The position numbers and the translations under genes were made by a program. From an uncultured Bacteriovoracaceae bacterium (GTDB taxonomy: Bacteria; Bdellovibrionota; UBA1018), in the NCBI GenBank assembly GCA_964467785.1, contig CAYXVB010000003.1:1-49277 (forward strand): a DNA stretch of 49,277 nucleotides, written 5' to 3'. The notes beneath the pieces are model-generated. The model was not told where the DNA came from and searched no databases. It saw nothing but the letters and a program-made list of their open reading frames with translations. Below are positions 46,952 to 49,277 of the stretch, one piece after another; the stretch's first letter is position 1; each line of letters starts with the position of its first letter.

Positions 46952-48375
46952 AACTTGGGATCGCGGCGGCACTGACCTGGATTTCATTGGTATGGCAGCC
47001 GATTTGTGGCGCGGCGGAAGTTCAGCTCGAGCATACTTTTTCGGAATTGCAGGATGGCGGCAGCTCCTGGGGAACGGATGACACCCTGACGAGCGCTGTG
47101 GATCTTTCGGGCGACTTGTTGCCTCAGCTCTTTAGGACCCCATTACAACGACCCGCACCGGAGACGCGATCCGTGAGCGGCGCGCCAGTTTTGGAAAAAT
47201 TTTATCTCAAGCCAGGAGTACTCAAGCTCTATCGCTCGATTCGCTTGTGCGTTGATTCGCGGCTCGACGTGAGAAATGCAAGTTTTCAGACCGCGTTTGG
47301 CGAATTTGCCCGCAATGTCGCGGGGGCCCCGTCTGGGGAGCTCATGGTGGATTTTCAATGGTCCGCGGTGGATACATCGAAATTGCGTGTCGAATCCCTT
47401 GCTGGATGTGACGTCCTTGCCTATCAAGCCCGGGAGGGGGACTATCCTTTTAATCGATTTCCTCCGTCCCGTGGCACCCAGAATCTCCCGGAGATGGTCT
47501 TAGGCCTCTATTATCAGTATTCTCCCCGGCATTTGCCGGTCATTGCGTTCAATCCATCGATTGAACTGGATTTCAGCGGAAAGGGAACTAGCTATTTCTC
47601 CCCAAGCCGGGACGGCCTTCGGCCCCGCGTGGACGGGCGCGTGCTGTTCTTGCACGAACTGGGGCATCTCTTGGGATTTGCCCATGTGACTTGGGTAGAT
47701 AGCATCACCCAGGCTGTAGTCAGCACCTCGGTCATGGGGCTCAAGAACTCCTTGCGCTCCGAGGAGCAAGTGGAGTTGAGGTACCTCCGGGGAGCGGACA
47801 TCTGGAGAAGCTGGGATTTGCGGCAGACGTCCTTTTATCGCGCCCAGTTGGCGAGATGGTTGGATGGATCGAGCCCCGTCCAGGACGAAGCCCTGGTTCG
47901 TAGGGTCAACGTCAATTTGCCGATTTGCGCTTATCCCGGCGAGGAATTGCGGATGCAATTGGGTGAGACGCAAGTTTGGTCCACGTTGGCCGAACAATTA
48001 CTTGGCATTAGCGATCGAGAGATCACGCTCGGCGCACCCCAAGAGCGAACCCTGAAATCAGGTAGCAGTGATACGAAAAGATCCTGGTCGTATTCGATCT
48101 CGCCTGACTTCGAATTCAGCGCGACACAGCTGCGTTTCGTCCAGGGCGGTCCTGGATTTCAGCTCAGCAGCTTTCGGTTCTATTCCCAGCCTGTCTCAAA
48201 GACGAACGGAAGTTACCGATTGCAAGCAGCTGTGTCCGGAAAAATGGGCTCGGTCGGCGGCAGCGTCCCGTTTCGGTGGTTGCCTGCGTTGCGCGGGCCG
48301 ATTTATACCATGCCATTTCTGTTGAATTATGAGTTCGAGTCGCGAGCTCGCTTAACGGATTGCTATCAGCATTAA
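46948..48375 (+). CDS. Secreted metzincin zinc metalloprotease (M10/matrixin-like motif)
   Basis: ATG at 46948 overlaps the upstream stop. Signal peptide MKLGIAAALTWISLVWQPICGAA|E. HELGHLLGFAH (HExxHxxGxxH) is followed by SVMG, a possible Met-turn. Confidence 0.7.
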   Translation: MKLGIAAALTWISLVWQPICGAAEVQLEHTFSELQDGGSSWGTDDTLTSAVDLSGDLLPQLFRTPLQRPAPETRSVSGAPVLEKFYLKPGVLKLYRSIRLCVDSRLDVRNASFQTAFGEFARNVAGAPSGELMVDFQWSAVDTSKLRVESLAGCDVLAYQAREGDYPFNRFPPSRGTQNLPEMVLGLYYQYSPRHLPVIAFNPSIELDFSGKGTSYFSPSRDGLRPRVDGRVLFLHELGHLLGFAHVTWVDSITQAVVSTSVMGLKNSLRSEEQVELRYLRGADIWRSWDLRQTSFYRAQLARWLDGSSPVQDEALVRRVNVNLPICAYPGEELRMQLGETQVWSTLAEQLLGISDREITLGAPQERTLKSGSSDTKRSWSYSISPDFEFSATQLRFVQGGPGFQLSSFRFYSQPVSKTNGSYRLQAAVSGKMGSVGGSVPFRWLPALRGPIYTMPFLLNYEFESRARLTDCYQH

Positions 48376-49199
48376 GACTCGCTTGGGTTTTCCAGGAACT
48401 CTTTGAAGTCAGCGAAAATCCGGCTTGCTGGTCCGCCTCCCATGAGTCGCCGATCGAATTCCATGAGAATCGGCATGGTGAGTCCGGCTTCGACTTTTCC
48501 GTCGACTACAGTAGGGCGCTCGCACACCTTTCCGAATGAGAAAGTGATCGGCCAGGGCCAAGCGCACATGACCAGGTCCGCGCCGTGGCGGGCCGGGGAG
48601 TTCACCCACGCCGCGCAGCCGCGATATTTGATCCAGGCTTTTGGGAACCAGAGTGGATGGGAGAGAATCCAATTGCTCAGTGGTCGCGGAATCCAGCGAA
48701 GCAGGCGCATGTATTGACGAAGTCCGGGGTCGTTGGATTCGTCCATTTTGACGAGGTGCTGGAGCTCCAGAGTGACGTCGGCCCACGTGCGTTGCAGGGG
48801 CGTTTGGATCGGCTTGGCATACGCAAGGCCGGGTAGCGAAGGGAGTCCGCGTTCGACGGCGATGCCGATATCGATGTTTTTGAACTGTACGAGCTTCCTG
48901 AAGAGTGGAGGCCCCAGAATCGCTCGATTGGCTTCGGGGTGCTTTGCGAGCGTTTGTGCCGCGGCCCGGATGACGAAGGCGGTGTAGGACGGCGCGACCT
49001 GCCCCTGTTCTTTAGCCGCATTTCGGAGAGCGCTCATCTTGGTCGCGTCGGCCTCGGCAATAAGCGCGACCATCAATCCAGGTTTGAGCTCCTGATTCAA
49101 AGCCCAGGAAGTGCGTTCCGCGCGGGTGGTTGGAACGATCTGGTAGGAGTCTTTCGTGGCGCCTGATGGGAAACTCTCGGTTCGGGATGTCGTAGTCAT
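48372..49199 (-). CDS. 2-oxoacid dehydrogenase E2 catalytic-domain-like (CAT-fold) acyltransferase homologue, stand-alone
   Basis: The layout matches the E2 catalytic domain: SYTAFVIRAAAQTLAKHPEANR, NIDIGIAVE and a C-terminal FDRRLMGGGPASRIFADFKEFLENP. There is no lipoyl domain. The canonical DHRxxDG is replaced by DRRxxGG. Confidence 0.65.
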   Translation of the reverse strand: MTTTSRTESFPSGATKDSYQIVPTTRAERTSWALNQELKPGLMVALIAEADATKMSALRNAAKEQGQVAPSYTAFVIRAAAQTLAKHPEANRAILGPPLFRKLVQFKNIDIGIAVERGLPSLPGLAYAKPIQTPLQRTWADVTLELQHLVKMDESNDPGLRQYMRLLRWIPRPLSNWILSHPLWFPKAWIKYRGCAAWVNSPARHGADLVMCAWPWPITFSFGKVCERPTVVDGKVEAGLTMPILMEFDRRLMGGGPASRIFADFKEFLENPSES

Positions 49200-49277
49200 G
49201 ATCTTGCTAGGTTTATGAGTTGCCCGAAAGAAACAGAAGTCTAGAAAGCGACGCGTGTAAAAAAAATGTAATTTTAT

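Overview
This is a 49.3 kb, GC-rich, tightly packed chromosomal segment with about 43 protein-coding genes. I found no rRNA, tRNA, CRISPR array, transposase or integrase.

Housekeeping and metabolic genes I recognise with confidence:
- Glyoxylate shunt, aceB-aceA (7.2-10.2 kb).
- A polyhydroxyalkanoate locus (10.4-14.2 kb): phasin-like gene, phaR, a short coiled-coil partner, class III/IV-type phaC and an alpha/beta hydrolase.
- Type-B succinate dehydrogenase, sdhCAB (32.5-35.9 kb).
- argS (40.5-42.3 kb).
- An ABC-2 transporter operon (23.1-26.4 kb), in which one permease is broken by a 1-nt frameshift in a C5 run.

The rest is envelope, secretion and signalling accessory content:
- An operon of a VWA lipoprotein, three beta-barrel-like proteins, a metallophosphoesterase lipoprotein and a DUF1543-like protein (2.0-6.8 kb).
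- An M43 metzincin lipoprotein.
- A signalling island (17.1-23.3 kb) with two histidine kinases, a CheY-like receiver, a V4R-like ligand-binding protein, a DUF2938 membrane protein, and a divergent pair made of a ThiF/E1-like adenylyltransferase and a LuxI/N-acyl-synthase-like protein.
- Three very large signal-peptide proteins of 1159, 611 and 1118 aa with no known family.
- Two TIGR02147/DUF4423-type HTH regulators, each directly upstream of a secreted protein.

Most interesting observations:
- The three giant proteins lie in apparently more AT-rich DNA and share a C-terminal C-x3-[FY]-x-[SV]-L motif.
- The 1118-aa protein carries an ordered set of glutamine-synthetase-like amidoligase motifs directly after its signal peptide.
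- The ThiF-like / LuxI-like / V4R cluster may be a small-molecule production and sensing module.
- A TTTTGC-N4-GCAAAA palindrome recurs at the phasin and phaR promoters and is a candidate PhaR operator.

The regulator family, the lipoprotein load and the secreted metalloproteases suggest a Bdellovibrionota-like or related organism. That taxonomic call is tentative. All functional calls rest on motif recognition by eye, with no database search.
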